64,000 bases of DNA from Nannocystis bainbridge (lineage in GTDB: Bacteria; Myxococcota_A; Polyangia; Nannocystales; Nannocystaceae), in assembly GCF_028368995.1 (NCBI RefSeq), contig NZ_JAQNDL010000003.1:1568001-1632000 (forward strand), in the 5' to 3' direction. The notes beneath the pieces are model-generated. The model did no database searches. It was not told the DNA's origin and was given only the letters and a program-made list of their open reading frames with translations. A program made the translations under genes and the position numbers. The first letter of the stretch is position 1. The number at the start of each line of letters is the position of its first letter. Below are positions 10,247 to 20,560 of the stretch, in pieces.

Positions 10247-11452
10247 ATGGCCATCCGCTTCGACCTCGATCCGGAGCTCGCCGCGCTGGTCCAGCGCACC
10301 CGCGAGTTCGTCCGCGATGTCGTCATCCCCGTCGAGCTCGCGTGCGGCGGCTCGCTCCACGACGCGCGCGACGCCGAGGACATCCGGCGCACGCTGCAGT
10401 CGCAGGCGCGCGCCGCCGGCCTGCTCGCGCCGCACGTCGGCGCGCAGTTCGGCGGCCGCGGCCTCGACGTGCGCGGGCAGGCGAGCGTGTTCGAGGAGGC
10501 CGGTTACTCCTTGCTCGGCCCGCTCGCGCTCAACATCTCGGCGCCCGACGAGGGCAACATGCACCTGCTCGAGCGCGTGGCCACGCCGGCGCAGCAGGCC
10601 AAGTATCTGGCGCCGCTCGCGGCCGGTGAGGTCCGCAGCTGCTTCGCCATGACCGAACCGCCGCCCGGCGCCGGCTCCGACCCACGCGCCCTGAGCACCC
10701 GCGCCACCCGCGTCGCCGAGGGCTGGCGCATCGAGGGCCGCAAGTGGTTCATCACCGGCGCGCGCGGGGCCGCGTTCGCCATCGTCATGGCCCGCACCTC
10801 CGGCGCGCCCGGCGACCGCGGCGGCGCGACCATGTTCCTGGTCGCCGGCGACAACCCGGGCCTGCAGATCGTCCGCGACCTCGACACCCTCGACCACGCG
10901 CTGTTCGCCGGCCACAGCGAGGTCGTGTTCGCCGATTGCATCGTCGGCGACGACGCGATCCTCGGCGAGGTCGACCGCGGCTTCGAATACGCGCAGGTCC
11001 GCCTGGCCCCGGCGCGCCTCACCCATTGCATGCGCTGGCTCGGCCTCGCGCGCCGCGCCCACGACCTCGCGCTCGCCCACGTGACCACGCGCGAGGCCTT
11101 CGGCGGCCGCCTCGCCGAGCTCGGGATGATCCAGCAGCAGCTCGCCGACAACGAGATCGAGCTCGCGGCCAGCCGCTCGTTGATCCTTCACACCGCGTGG
11201 GTCCTCGACACCGGCGGCGACGCCGGCACGGCGTCGTCGATCGCCAAGACCTTCGTGTCGGAGGCGGTCGGGCGGATCGTCGATCGGGCGATGCAGATGA
11301 CCGGCGCCGTCGGCACGTCCGGCGATCTGCTGCTGTCCCGCTACTGGCGTGAGGTCCGACCGTTCCGCATCTACGACGGCCCGAGCGAGACGCACCGGTG
11401 GTCGATCGCCAAGCGCAGCGTGTCGGCCTTCAAGAAGCGAGGCCACGGATGA
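10247..11452 (+). CDS. Acyl-CoA dehydrogenase (ACAD10/11-like)
   Basis: ATG 10247; APDEGNMHLL, FAMTEP, GRKWFITGA, RIYDGPSETHR. Confidence 0.92.
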   Translation: MAIRFDLDPELAALVQRTREFVRDVVIPVELACGGSLHDARDAEDIRRTLQSQARAAGLLAPHVGAQFGGRGLDVRGQASVFEEAGYSLLGPLALNISAPDEGNMHLLERVATPAQQAKYLAPLAAGEVRSCFAMTEPPPGAGSDPRALSTRATRVAEGWRIEGRKWFITGARGAAFAIVMARTSGAPGDRGGATMFLVAGDNPGLQIVRDLDTLDHALFAGHSEVVFADCIVGDDAILGEVDRGFEYAQVRLAPARLTHCMRWLGLARRAHDLALAHVTTREAFGGRLAELGMIQQQLADNEIELAASRSLILHTAWVLDTGGDAGTASSIAKTFVSEAVGRIVDRAMQMTGAVGTSGDLLLSRYWREVRPFRIYDGPSETHRWSIAKRSVSAFKKRGHG

Positions 11453-12465
11453 ACCCGCCCGGCCTCGACCTGGCGGCGCTGCACCGCTACTTCGAGCAGC
11501 ATGTGCCCGACTACGGCGGCCGGCTCGACGCGCAGCTGCTCGCCGGCGGCAAGTCGAACCTCACCTATCGCCTGCGCGACGGCGTGCACGACTGGGTGCT
11601 GCGCCGGCCGCCGCTCGGCACGCTCACGCCCAGCGCCCACGACATGGCCCGCGAGTATCGAGTCGTCGCCGCGCTCGGCCCGACGCCCGTGCCCGTCGCC
11701 CCGGCCGTGCTGCTGTGCGAGGACACCGCGGTGCTCGGCGTGCCGTTCGCAGTCACCGCCTTCGTCGCGGGCCGCGTGATCCAGAGCGCCGCGGACGCGA
11801 CTTTATTAAATCCCGACGAGCAGCGACTGTGTGGATTCGAGCTGATCGATCGGCTTTGTCAATTGCACGCGATCGATCCGTCGAACGTCGGTCTCGACAA
11901 CTTCGGCCGCGCCGCGGGTTACCTCGAGCGGCAGATCCGTCGCTGGACCGACCAGTGGGAGCGCGTGCACACCCGCGACCTCGCCGAGCCCGTCGAGCTG
12001 GCCGGCCGCCTGCGCCTGGCCCTGCCCGCGCGCAGCGATCGCAGCATCGTGCACGGTGATTTTCGCCTCGACAACGTCATCCTCGCGCCCGACCGCATCG
12101 AGGTGGCCGCGATCGTCGACTGGGAGATGTGCACGCTCGGCGACCCGCTGGCCGACCTCGGCCTGGCGCTGGTCTACTGGGACCCGCTCACCGAGCCCGT
12201 GCTCGGCGTGCCGCACATCCGCCGGGATACCGCGAATCATTTTCCAAACGCCGAGGCGCTGGTCGAGCGCTATTCACGGCAGTCCGGCCGCGAGCTCGGC
12301 GAGCTCGACTTCTACGTGGCCCTCGGATTTTTTAAACTGGCGGTGATCGCCGAGGGCATCCATCAGCGCTACCGCGCCGGCCTGACCGTCGGGGACGGCT
12401 TCGCCACCACCGGCGACGCCGTCCTGCCGCTGCTGCGCGCGGGCATCGAACGCCTCGCGCCGTGA
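11449..12465 (+). CDS. Phosphotransferase (APH / ACAD10 N-terminal-like) family protein
   Basis: ATGA overlap with the ACAD gene; GGKSNLTY, SAHDMAREY, VHGDFRLDN, DWEMCTLGDPLAD. Confidence 0.9.
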   Translation: MNPPGLDLAALHRYFEQHVPDYGGRLDAQLLAGGKSNLTYRLRDGVHDWVLRRPPLGTLTPSAHDMAREYRVVAALGPTPVPVAPAVLLCEDTAVLGVPFAVTAFVAGRVIQSAADATLLNPDEQRLCGFELIDRLCQLHAIDPSNVGLDNFGRAAGYLERQIRRWTDQWERVHTRDLAEPVELAGRLRLALPARSDRSIVHGDFRLDNVILAPDRIEVAAIVDWEMCTLGDPLADLGLALVYWDPLTEPVLGVPHIRRDTANHFPNAEALVERYSRQSGRELGELDFYVALGFFKLAVIAEGIHQRYRAGLTVGDGFATTGDAVLPLLRAGIERLAP

Positions 12466-12468
12466 GCA

Positions 12469-13649
12469 TCACTTAGTTCCCCCGCGCCCTCTCTTGCGAG
12501 GTGGCGGGGGCGGTGTCTCCGATAAATTGTTACTTGTGGCTCGGTCTACAATGGTATTCGCAGGCCCTAGTGCTGAGAAAATTTGCTGCTGAGCCCGCAT
12601 CGCGGCCGCTTCCAGTACTTTACTCAATGTTCGCTGTCGATCGCCTTTTGCCCGCTGATAACTCTTCTTAAATTCACCATCCGTACCGCGCTCCCAAAAT
12701 CTCTTCACAGAATAATAGAAATGCTGAGCAGACTCATCAGCGGCAAACCCAGCCTCAAATTCCACCTTAATCCCGTTCTTGCGCTCATCGATGGCAATCC
12801 ACGTCATTTCGCTCACAAAAAAACGAGACTCCGTAAAGCGCTTGTACTCCGGGGAGTGGTCAACTTTTCTTCCCGTTAGGATGATCTTCTTTACAGCAGC
12901 GGAAAAGTCTTCCTTAATGAGGTCTTCATCGCCCAGTTCATCTTCATTTGTTACGGACATACGGCTCCCTCGCACACTGAGGGTTTCGTGCATGTTGAAC
13001 CCTTCCATGTTGTGTCCGAGGTTGATGAAGAAGTTGGTACGAGATTCTGGATCCAGGATCGTCGAGAGATCAATAATAGTAGCGTTGACAGGCTCGCCCT
13101 TAGATTTCTGCAGACTTGCGACCATACTCTGAAGAATCTCTGTCCCACGATCTTGAGCACTGTGACGCACCTGAAGCCCAGAGCTGCTTTTCTCGATCTC
13201 GACCGAGACCTCACGCAAAGTCCTCTGAGCTAGGCGTGTCTTCCCAGGATCCACTTCCATATAGGTTGCGACAACGTGAAAGTGATTTTTGCCGGATTGC
13301 GCTACAGACCATTGCTCCCCCGCCGTTTCGGTTCTCTCTTCCTTCAAGAGATCCAGAACCGAACTTACCTCATCGATGGTGAAATCTCCAGCAATTGCCG
13401 CCATCGCACGCTTTCGCTACGTTCTAAAGTGCTAGTCTGGTCAAGAATTTCAGACAGCTGAATCCAGCTGTGCGACATGCGAGCAATCGCTGCAATGATC
13501 TGTTCGCGGCTATCCTCTTTGGGCAAAATAATTCCACGACCTTGGGCAAGTTGTAGCAGCCGTTGCTTGCCAAGCTTGGAAGAAAGCAAAAGATCCTTGA
13601 CGTCCTTATCGTCAGCAAAAATCATTCCTTCCGCAACTCGCTTACCCAT
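12469..13649 (-). pseudogene. Second gene of a putative two-gene defence cassette (GAPS4b-like); appears frameshifted near 13412
   Basis: ATG 13649 overlaps the upstream stop (ATGGGTAA). MGKRVAEGMIFADDKD...ERSE continues in another frame as MAAIAGDF... (13404-12469); one extra A rejoins the two frames. AT-richer than the flanks. Confidence 0.55.
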
Positions 13650-14610
13650 CGCGCCACCCCAGTTCCGTCTCATCAAACCTGCGCATAACGTCTGGCACAG
13701 ATCCGTAAGTGACCCGCTCCAGTCGCTCGCGCGGAAAATTATAAAAACGTGACGCGTACTGTACTTTCGCTCGCTCAAAGCGAGAGCGAGCATCCGACAT
13801 CGGCGACACAACGCGGACATTTATGGATGTCGACTTGTCTACCAAAAGCTGATGACGAAAAAAACTATCGAACAGGTAACCAAACTCTTCAGAAGTCCCT
13901 CCGTCTTGGCGGTACCAAAATGTATAGTGCACAGATTCGCCATTTCGAGACCTCATTGCAATCCAAGGCCCTGTCAGCATTTCGATACTTGCCGCTCGTG
14001 GTTCTGCGTCTTGAAGGCGAACCGAGACAAGTTCTGGATACCAGAAGCGGCAAAATTCCATACTTGGAAGGCCGCCATCTTGTCGCAACGTCTGCATGTC
14101 GCGCGCGATGCCATACAATGCCACGATTGACTGAGGTCCCAGCACCATGACCTTAGTGCGGGGAGGAAGCATAAAATCTGAAGGGTCCACTTCTGAAAAC
14201 AGACTGGTAAAAAGATCCTTCTCGTAGCTTAGCGAGTGATCATAAACGAACAGCATACCCGCGATGTTATTCTCGGCGATTTCCGCCACGTACTTCTCTT
14301 TCCAACCTGAGCCCCGACTCGCACATTTAATCGTATCGCACAGGTTATTCAACGCGCCCTTGATCTTTGCCTTCTGGATCGTTGACGCGGCATAGCTTTT
14401 TAGATCCGTAATGACATACACTTCGCGATCTCGATTATAGGGATCATCATATTTGAATACGACATCAGTCGGGTGCTCGTCGCGGTTATGGCTCTCGGTG
14501 ACACAAGCCCAGTGGCTATCAACGGGTCCAATCCTCTCCCATCCGAATCGCGAAAAAATCTCGGCCGAGATTTTTTCGGCCATGAGAGCGATATTGCTGG
14601 TTTCTCCCAC
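13642..14610 (-). CDS. PD-(D/E)XK nuclease-like protein, first gene of a putative defence cassette (GAPS4a-like)
   Basis: N-terminal helix Glu (MAEKIS), HPTDVVFKY, ITDLKSY; AT-richer island. Family call is from memory. Confidence 0.6.
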   Translation of the reverse strand: MGETSNIALMAEKISAEIFSRFGWERIGPVDSHWACVTESHNRDEHPTDVVFKYDDPYNRDREVYVITDLKSYAASTIQKAKIKGALNNLCDTIKCASRGSGWKEKYVAEIAENNIAGMLFVYDHSLSYEKDLFTSLFSEVDPSDFMLPPRTKVMVLGPQSIVALYGIARDMQTLRQDGGLPSMEFCRFWYPELVSVRLQDAEPRAASIEMLTGPWIAMRSRNGESVHYTFWYRQDGGTSEEFGYLFDSFFRHQLLVDKSTSINVRVVSPMSDARSRFERAKVQYASRFYNFPRERLERVTYGSVPDVMRRFDETELGWRDG

Positions 14611-14699
14611 CCTGGGGGCGAGATTACCCAGGTTCAGGTCAGCAGGTCAAGACGGTAGGGAGTGGGCCTGATTTCGCACCGCCTCCCCCGTCGAGCTCG

Positions 14700-16148
14700 C
14701 TACCCGCCGATCTCGCGCTTGAGCGTCTTCCGCGTCTTCTCGCCGTACGGCGGCTTCAGCCCTGCCAGCCCCGCGATGTCCAGCTTCGGCTGGCGGTAGA
14801 TCCCCTTCGCGTGGCTGAATGTTTTAAAGCCGTCGAAGCCGTGGTAGCTGCCCATGCCTGACGGGCCGATGCCGCCGAACGGCAGGTCTTCGGGGACCCC
14901 GTGGAAGATGACGTCGTTGAGCGTCACCCCGCCCGAGACCGTGCGCTCGACCACCCGGCGCTCCTCGTCGGCGTCGTCGCCGAAGTAGTAGAGGGCCAGC
15001 GGCCGCTCGCCCGCGTTCACGTACGCGATCGCCTCCTCCACGCGGTCGTACGGCACGATCGGCAGGATCGGCCCGAAGATCTCCTCGCGGGTCAGCCGCA
15101 TCTCCGGCTTCGTGTTGCGGACCAGGTGCAGCGGCATCTTGTTGCTGCCCGCGCTGGCGAAGTCCTCGTTGGCCGGGTTGATGGCGATCACCTCGGCGCC
15201 CTGGGCCCTCGCGTCCTCGAGCAGGCCCTGCAGGCGCTCGCGGTGGCGGCCGTCGACGATCGACGTGTAATCGTCGTTGCTGAGCATCGTCGGGTACAGG
15301 CGCGCGACCGCCTGCTGCAGCGCGGCGACGATCGCCGGCTCCTTGCTGCGCGGCACCAGCATGTAGTCGGGCGCGAGGCAGACCTGGCCGGCGTTGAGCA
15401 GCTTGCCCGTGACCACGCGCTCGCTCGCGCGGGCGACGTCGGCGGTCTCGCCGACGATCACGGGCGACTTGCCGCCCAGCTCGAGCGTCGTCGGCACCAG
15501 GTTGTCGGCAGCGGCGTGGAGGATGTGGCGGGCGATGCCGGTGCCGCCGGTGAAGATCAGGTGGTCGAACGGCAGGCCGGCGAACGCCTTGCCGATGTCG
15601 GTGCCGCCGAGGATGAACGCGAGCTCGTGCTCGGGGAAGAACTTGGTCGCCAGCTCGCGCATCAGCTCGGCGGTGCGCGGCGTGTGCTCCGACGGCTTGA
15701 CCATCGCTCGGTTGCCGGCGGCGAAGATCTGCGCCAGCGGATCGAAGGTCAGGTAGACCGGGAAATTCCACGGCGAGATGACGCCGACCACGCCCTTCGG
15801 CTGGTGCTCGACGTGGGCCCGCGCGCCCAGCAGGCCGAGCGGGAAGTCGAGCTTGCGCTTCTCCGGCTTCATCCACCGGTCGACGTGGGCCAGCGCGTGC
15901 CGCAGCGCCTTCACCGACGCCATGATGTCGGTGATCGTCGACTGCGTGGCCGAGCGGTGGCCGAAGTCGGCCGACAGCGCCTGCGTCAGCCGGTCCTGAT
16001 TGCCGACCACGAGGTCGATCGCGCGCCGCAGCCGGTCCTTGCGGATCGCCGCGCTCACCGGCAGCTCGGCGGTGAACGCCTCGCGCTGGCGTCGCAGGAC
16101 GTCGCGCATGTGCGCCAGGATCGTTTCGTCGCTCGAGTGATTCTCCAT
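14700..16148 (-). CDS. Aldehyde dehydrogenase (coniferyl/long-chain aldehyde type)
   Basis: PWNFP, KPSE, FTGG, LELGGKSP, GQVCLAPD, EEIFGP, PFGGIGPSGMG. Confidence 0.93.
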   Translation of the reverse strand: MENHSSDETILAHMRDVLRRQREAFTAELPVSAAIRKDRLRRAIDLVVGNQDRLTQALSADFGHRSATQSTITDIMASVKALRHALAHVDRWMKPEKRKLDFPLGLLGARAHVEHQPKGVVGVISPWNFPVYLTFDPLAQIFAAGNRAMVKPSEHTPRTAELMRELATKFFPEHELAFILGGTDIGKAFAGLPFDHLIFTGGTGIARHILHAAADNLVPTTLELGGKSPVIVGETADVARASERVVTGKLLNAGQVCLAPDYMLVPRSKEPAIVAALQQAVARLYPTMLSNDDYTSIVDGRHRERLQGLLEDARAQGAEVIAINPANEDFASAGSNKMPLHLVRNTKPEMRLTREEIFGPILPIVPYDRVEEAIAYVNAGERPLALYYFGDDADEERRVVERTVSGGVTLNDVIFHGVPEDLPFGGIGPSGMGSYHGFDGFKTFSHAKGIYRQPKLDIAGLAGLKPPYGEKTRKTLKREIGG

Positions 16149-16272
16149 GGTGCTCTCCTCGCTGCTTCAGGTCCGACGCCCGCGTCGCGCGGTCGGGGTC
16201 CCCAGGGTCTCGCGCCGCCGCGACGACTTCAACCACTGTTCACCGCGCCGCGGCGCGTTCGCCTCCGCCACC

Positions 16273-17829
16273 TCAGCTGACCGCCCGCTCGCGCCCGTGC
16301 CAGAACGGCGCCCGCAGCTCGCGCTTGAGCAGCTTGCCGGTCGGCGTGCGCGGCAGCGCGGCGACCACCGACACGCCGACGGGGACCTTGAACTTGGCCA
16401 GGTGCTGGCGCGCGAACGCCTGCAGCTCCTGCGGGTCGACCGTCGCGCCGGGCCTGGCGACGACCACCGCGAACGGCGACTCGCCCCACACGTCCGACGG
16501 GACGCCGATCACCGCCGCGTCGGCGACGGCCGGGTGCTTCATCAGGATGTTCTCGACCTCGGCCGGATAGATGTTTTCGCCGCCCGAGATGATCATGTCC
16601 TTGACGCGGTCGTGGATGTAGACATAACCGTCGTCGTCGAAGTAGCCGATGTCGCCGGTCCGCAGCCAGCCGTCGACGTTGATCGCCGCCGCGGTGCCCT
16701 CGGCGTTGCGCCAATAGCCGACCATGTTCTGCTGCGATCGGGTCCAGATCTCCCCCGGCACCCCGACCGGCATCTCGGCCCCGCTGTCGGGCGCGACGAT
16801 CTTCAGCTCGACCCCGTCGTGCGGCTTGCCGGCCGCGCGCAGGCGGTGGCGATGCGGCCCCTGCGGATCGTGGTCCTCCGGCGGCAGCGTCACGATCGCC
16901 CCGGTCGTCTCGGTCAGCCCGTACGCCTGGGCGAACTTGCAGCCCATCCGCCGCACCGCCCCGGCCAGCACCGACTCGCTGATCGGCGACGCGCCGTAGA
17001 CGATCAGCTCGAGGCTCGAGAAGTCGCCGGTGGCCGCCGCCGGCACCTGCTGCATGAAGTGCAGCAGCACCGGCACGAGGAACGCGTGGCTGATCCTGTG
17101 CTCGCCGATCACGCGAATCAGGCCCGTCGGATCGACGTCGCGCACCACCACCGACTTGCAGCCGTGGAACATGCCGACCATCGCCCAGCCGCCGCCGCCG
17201 ACGTGGAACAGCGGCAGCGCGATCAGGTTGACCGAGCCGGCGTCGACGCCCCACTTCTGCGACGAAGTCGGCAGCAGGCCGAACACGTTGTCGTGGCTGA
17301 GCAGCACGCCCTTCGGGTCGCCGGTCGTGCCCGAGGAGTAGAACTGGAACGCGACGTCGCTGCCGCGGATCGTCACATCCGGGTCGACGTCGGCGCCGCC
17401 GTCGCGCCAGGCCGCGTACGACGGCTGCGCCGCGTCGCCGCCGATCACCAGCAGCGTGTGCACCGTCTCGAGCGCGCCGGCCAGCTCCGCCGCCAGCGGC
17501 AGGAACTCGGCGCCGACCACGAACACCCGCGCCTCGGCGTCGTTGACGATGAAGCCGACCTCGCGCGCGGTCAGGCGAAAGTTGACCGCGACCAGCACCG
17601 CCCCGAGCTTGGCGGTGGCGAACAGCAGCTCGAAGTACTCGAGCCCGTTCTTGTCGAGGAAGGCGACGCGGTCGCCGAAGCCGACCCCGACCCGGCGCAA
17701 GGCGTCGGCGACCCGGTTCGAGCGCGCGTGCAGCTCGGCCCAGGTCAGGCTCTGCGCGCCGCACACGAGCGCGACCGCGTCGGGGCGCTCGGCGGCGTGG
17801 GTACGGATCACGGACGAGATCGTGGTCAT
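16273..17829 (-). CDS. Long-chain fatty acid--CoA ligase
   Basis: YSSGTTGDPKG, YGLTE, RTGDIG, DRVKDMIISGGENIYPAEVE, PRTPTGK. Confidence 0.93.
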   Translation of the reverse strand: MTTISSVIRTHAAERPDAVALVCGAQSLTWAELHARSNRVADALRRVGVGFGDRVAFLDKNGLEYFELLFATAKLGAVLVAVNFRLTAREVGFIVNDAEARVFVVGAEFLPLAAELAGALETVHTLLVIGGDAAQPSYAAWRDGGADVDPDVTIRGSDVAFQFYSSGTTGDPKGVLLSHDNVFGLLPTSSQKWGVDAGSVNLIALPLFHVGGGGWAMVGMFHGCKSVVVRDVDPTGLIRVIGEHRISHAFLVPVLLHFMQQVPAAATGDFSSLELIVYGASPISESVLAGAVRRMGCKFAQAYGLTETTGAIVTLPPEDHDPQGPHRHRLRAAGKPHDGVELKIVAPDSGAEMPVGVPGEIWTRSQQNMVGYWRNAEGTAAAINVDGWLRTGDIGYFDDDGYVYIHDRVKDMIISGGENIYPAEVENILMKHPAVADAAVIGVPSDVWGESPFAVVVARPGATVDPQELQAFARQHLAKFKVPVGVSVVAALPRTPTGKLLKRELRAPFWHGRERAVS

Positions 17830-17842
17830 GTCGAACCTCCAT

Positions 17843-18316
17843 TCACGGCGACGGCAGCCGGCGCAGGAAGAAGAACAGCGGCGCCGCGTCGCCCTTGCGG
17901 TCCATGACGCCGAGCACCCGGCCTTCGTCGATCTTTCGGAAGTGATCGAAGATCGGGTGCCGGTCGTAGATCATGGTAGCGGTCACGACCCCGCGGTAGA
18001 CCACGCGCCGCAGCGAGGCCTTGCCGAGGACCGCATTGGCCACACGCCGCCCGCCCTCGTCGCGGCTGACGATCGGGTCGACGTCGTTATCATGGTGGAA
18101 CGTCTTGCCGACCCAGCCGACCGCCGTCAGTTGCTGCTCACCCGGGTGGCCGGTGTGCAGCACCCCGCCCTCCCAGTCGCCGCGCAGGAACGCGGTGTCG
18201 TCGATCGGCGGCAGGGCGTCGAACAGCGCGTGCAGGGCGTCGGCGGTGCTATCACCGCCGCCGGCGATCAGCTCGTCGAGCGCGCTCGTGGCATTCATGG
18301 CAGTCTCCCTCGTCAT
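17843..18316 (-). CDS. DUF4334 / GXWXG domain protein
   Basis: GDWEG, GWVGKTF, ATMIYDRHPIFDHFRKID; coupled to the ADH stop. Confidence 0.85.
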   Translation of the reverse strand: MTRETAMNATSALDELIAGGGDSTADALHALFDALPPIDDTAFLRGDWEGGVLHTGHPGEQQLTAVGWVGKTFHHDNDVDPIVSRDEGGRRVANAVLGKASLRRVVYRGVVTATMIYDRHPIFDHFRKIDEGRVLGVMDRKGDAAPLFFFLRRLPSP

Positions 18317-19404
18317 GTCATTCGCAGGACCGGCTTGATGACCCGCCCGGCCAGCATGTCGGCCGCGGCCTCGTTGATCTGTTCAAAAGGATAGGTGGTG
18401 ACGAGCTGCTCGAGCGGCAGCTCGCCGCGCCGGTACCAGTCGTAGAGCCGCGGGATGAAGGTGCGCGGGTCGGCGTCGCCCTCGATGGTGCCGCGCAGGC
18501 TGCGGCCGCTGGCCATCAGGCGATTGAGGTCGAGCGTCAGGCTGGCCCCCCGCGCGCTCAACCCGGCCAGCACGATCCGCCCGCGCGGACGCAGCGCCCC
18601 GTAAGCGGCCTCGATCACCTCCGGCCGCCCGGTGTTGTCGAACGCCAGCGTCAACCCGCCGAGCCGCTTGAGCGCCGCCACGAGGTCGCCCTGCGCGCTG
18701 TCGACGACCTCGGTGGCCCCGAGCGCGCGCGCCGTGTCGAGCCGCCCGGCGCGCACGTCGACGGCGACGATGCGCTCGCAGCCGACGATCCTGGCCGCCA
18801 TGATCGCCGCCAGGCCGACGGTGCCGCAGCCGAACACGCCGATCGTATCGTCCGGCTCGGCCCTCAGCACGTTGACCACCGCCCCGGCGCCCGTCTGCAC
18901 GCCGCACCCGAGCGAGGTCATGAGCGGGCCCGGGAGGTCGTCGCCGAGGCTCACGAGGTTGTGCGCGGCCGCGATCGCGTGGCTGGCGAACGCCGACTGG
19001 CCGAAAAAATGCCCGGTGAGCGGAAGGCCCGCCTGCGAGGCCGGCGAGGAGCCGTCGAGGCGGCGGCCGAACAGGTTGAAGTCGCGCGAATGTCGACAGT
19101 ACGCCGGCGCCTCGCTCGCGCAACTGGTGCAGCGACCGCACGCGCCGAAGCTCATCACCACCCGCTCGCCGACGGCGAAGCGGGTGACGCCGTCGCCGAG
19201 CGCGACGATCCGGCCGACGCCCTCGTGCCCGAGCACGGCCGGCAGCGGGGTGCCGTAGTCGTGATCCTTGGCAGAGAGGTCGGTGTGGCAGATCCCACAA
19301 GCCTCGACCTCGACCAAAACTTCATCGGCGCGCGGCCCGTCGAGCTCGACCTCTTCGATGCGGAACGGCTCGCGCGCACGCGCGACGGCGGCGCGGATCT
19401 TCAT
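18313..19404 (-). CDS. Zn-dependent alcohol dehydrogenase (aryl/allylic alcohol type)
   Basis: Start ATG 19404 (MKIRAAV); GICHTD, LGHEGVG, CGRCTSC...YC, LGCGVQTG, GCGTVG. Confidence 0.9.
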   Translation of the reverse strand: MKIRAAVARAREPFRIEEVELDGPRADEVLVEVEACGICHTDLSAKDHDYGTPLPAVLGHEGVGRIVALGDGVTRFAVGERVVMSFGACGRCTSCASEAPAYCRHSRDFNLFGRRLDGSSPASQAGLPLTGHFFGQSAFASHAIAAAHNLVSLGDDLPGPLMTSLGCGVQTGAGAVVNVLRAEPDDTIGVFGCGTVGLAAIMAARIVGCERIVAVDVRAGRLDTARALGATEVVDSAQGDLVAALKRLGGLTLAFDNTGRPEVIEAAYGALRPRGRIVLAGLSARGASLTLDLNRLMASGRSLRGTIEGDADPRTFIPRLYDWYRRGELPLEQLVTTYPFEQINEAAADMLAGRVIKPVLRMT

Positions 19405-20549
19405 GCGGTAGCACCGATCCTGCCGAGCAGCCGATCGGCCAGCACGGCCCGCTGATGGGCCGCGTCGCCGTAAAGCACCTCGTTGTGCCGCTGCCGCTTG
19501 AACCACAGCTGAACGAAACACTCCCAGGTGAAGCCGATCCCGCCGTGCAGCTGCACCGACCGGTCCGAGCAATACGCCGCCGCGTCGCTCGCCGCCGCCT
19601 TGGCCATGCGCGCGCACACCTCCGCGCTCTCGGGCTCGTGGTCGAACGCGCAGGCCGCGTCGTAGACCAGCGAGCGGGCCGCGTCGAGCTGGACCATCAT
19701 GTCGACGAGCGGGTGCTTGACCGCCTGAAAGAACCCGATCGGCCGCTCGAACTGGACCCGCGTGCGCGCATACTCGGCCGTGGTCTGCAGCTGCCACTCG
19801 CCCGCGCCGACCATGTCGGCGGCGATGATCGTCAAGATCGCCGGCTCGGCCGCGACCAGCGCGCGCGCACCATCGCCGGGGCTCGCCAGCACCTGGGCGG
19901 GCACGACCTCGCGCAGCACGACGTGGGCCTGATCGCGCGTGAGGTCGAGGATCGCGTCCTGCACGATCGTCACGCCGGTGGCGTCGACCTCGACGAGGTA
20001 GAGCCCGAGCCCCTGCGCCGACCTGGCCTTGACGATCAGCGCCCCGACCTTGCCGGCGTCCTGCACGAACCACGCGGTGCCGCTCAATCGACCGTTCGCG
20101 TCGACGGTGACCTCGGTGTGCTCCGCCTCCCACGAGCCGCGCCGGTCGGTCCCGGCCAGGCTGACCGAAAGGCCAGCCGCGATCCGCCGCAACAATTCGT
20201 CGGCCGCCGGCCCGCAGGCGAGCGCGACGTAGGTGGCGCACAGGGTCACGATCAGGGGCGACGGCGCCGCCGCGCGCCCGAGCTCTTCGACCAGCCCGGC
20301 GATCGCCACCAGGCCCATGCCGAACCCGCCGAGGCGCTCGGGCACCGCCACGGCCGTCCAGCCGAGGTCGAGCATGCGGCGCCACAGCGCCTCGTCCCAC
20401 ACGCACTCCGAGGCGCGCGCCGGCCCGGCGTCGAGGGCCACCAGCCGGTGCAGGGCCTCGGGCGCGCAATGGTCTTGCAGCAATCGCCGCGCCGTGCCCT
20501 TGAGGATCTGCGCCGTCTCGTCGAAGCCGAAGTCGTGCGGTCGGGTCAT
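19401..20549 (-). CDS. Acyl-CoA dehydrogenase-like subunit, probably the non-catalytic partner of a heteromeric ACAD
   Basis: RVQFERPIGFFQAVKH, QLHGGIGFTWE; degenerate C-terminus (NEVLYGDAAHQR). Confidence 0.85.
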   Translation of the reverse strand: MTRPHDFGFDETAQILKGTARRLLQDHCAPEALHRLVALDAGPARASECVWDEALWRRMLDLGWTAVAVPERLGGFGMGLVAIAGLVEELGRAAAPSPLIVTLCATYVALACGPAADELLRRIAAGLSVSLAGTDRRGSWEAEHTEVTVDANGRLSGTAWFVQDAGKVGALIVKARSAQGLGLYLVEVDATGVTIVQDAILDLTRDQAHVVLREVVPAQVLASPGDGARALVAAEPAILTIIAADMVGAGEWQLQTTAEYARTRVQFERPIGFFQAVKHPLVDMMVQLDAARSLVYDAACAFDHEPESAEVCARMAKAAASDAAAYCSDRSVQLHGGIGFTWECFVQLWFKRQRHNEVLYGDAAHQRAVLADRLLGRIGATA

Positions 20550-20560
20550 CGTGGCTCTTT

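Noticed and set aside
12466-14690. IS, prophage or integrative element call for the AT-richer island
   Set aside because: No transposase, integrase, terminal inverted repeats or target duplication that I could find
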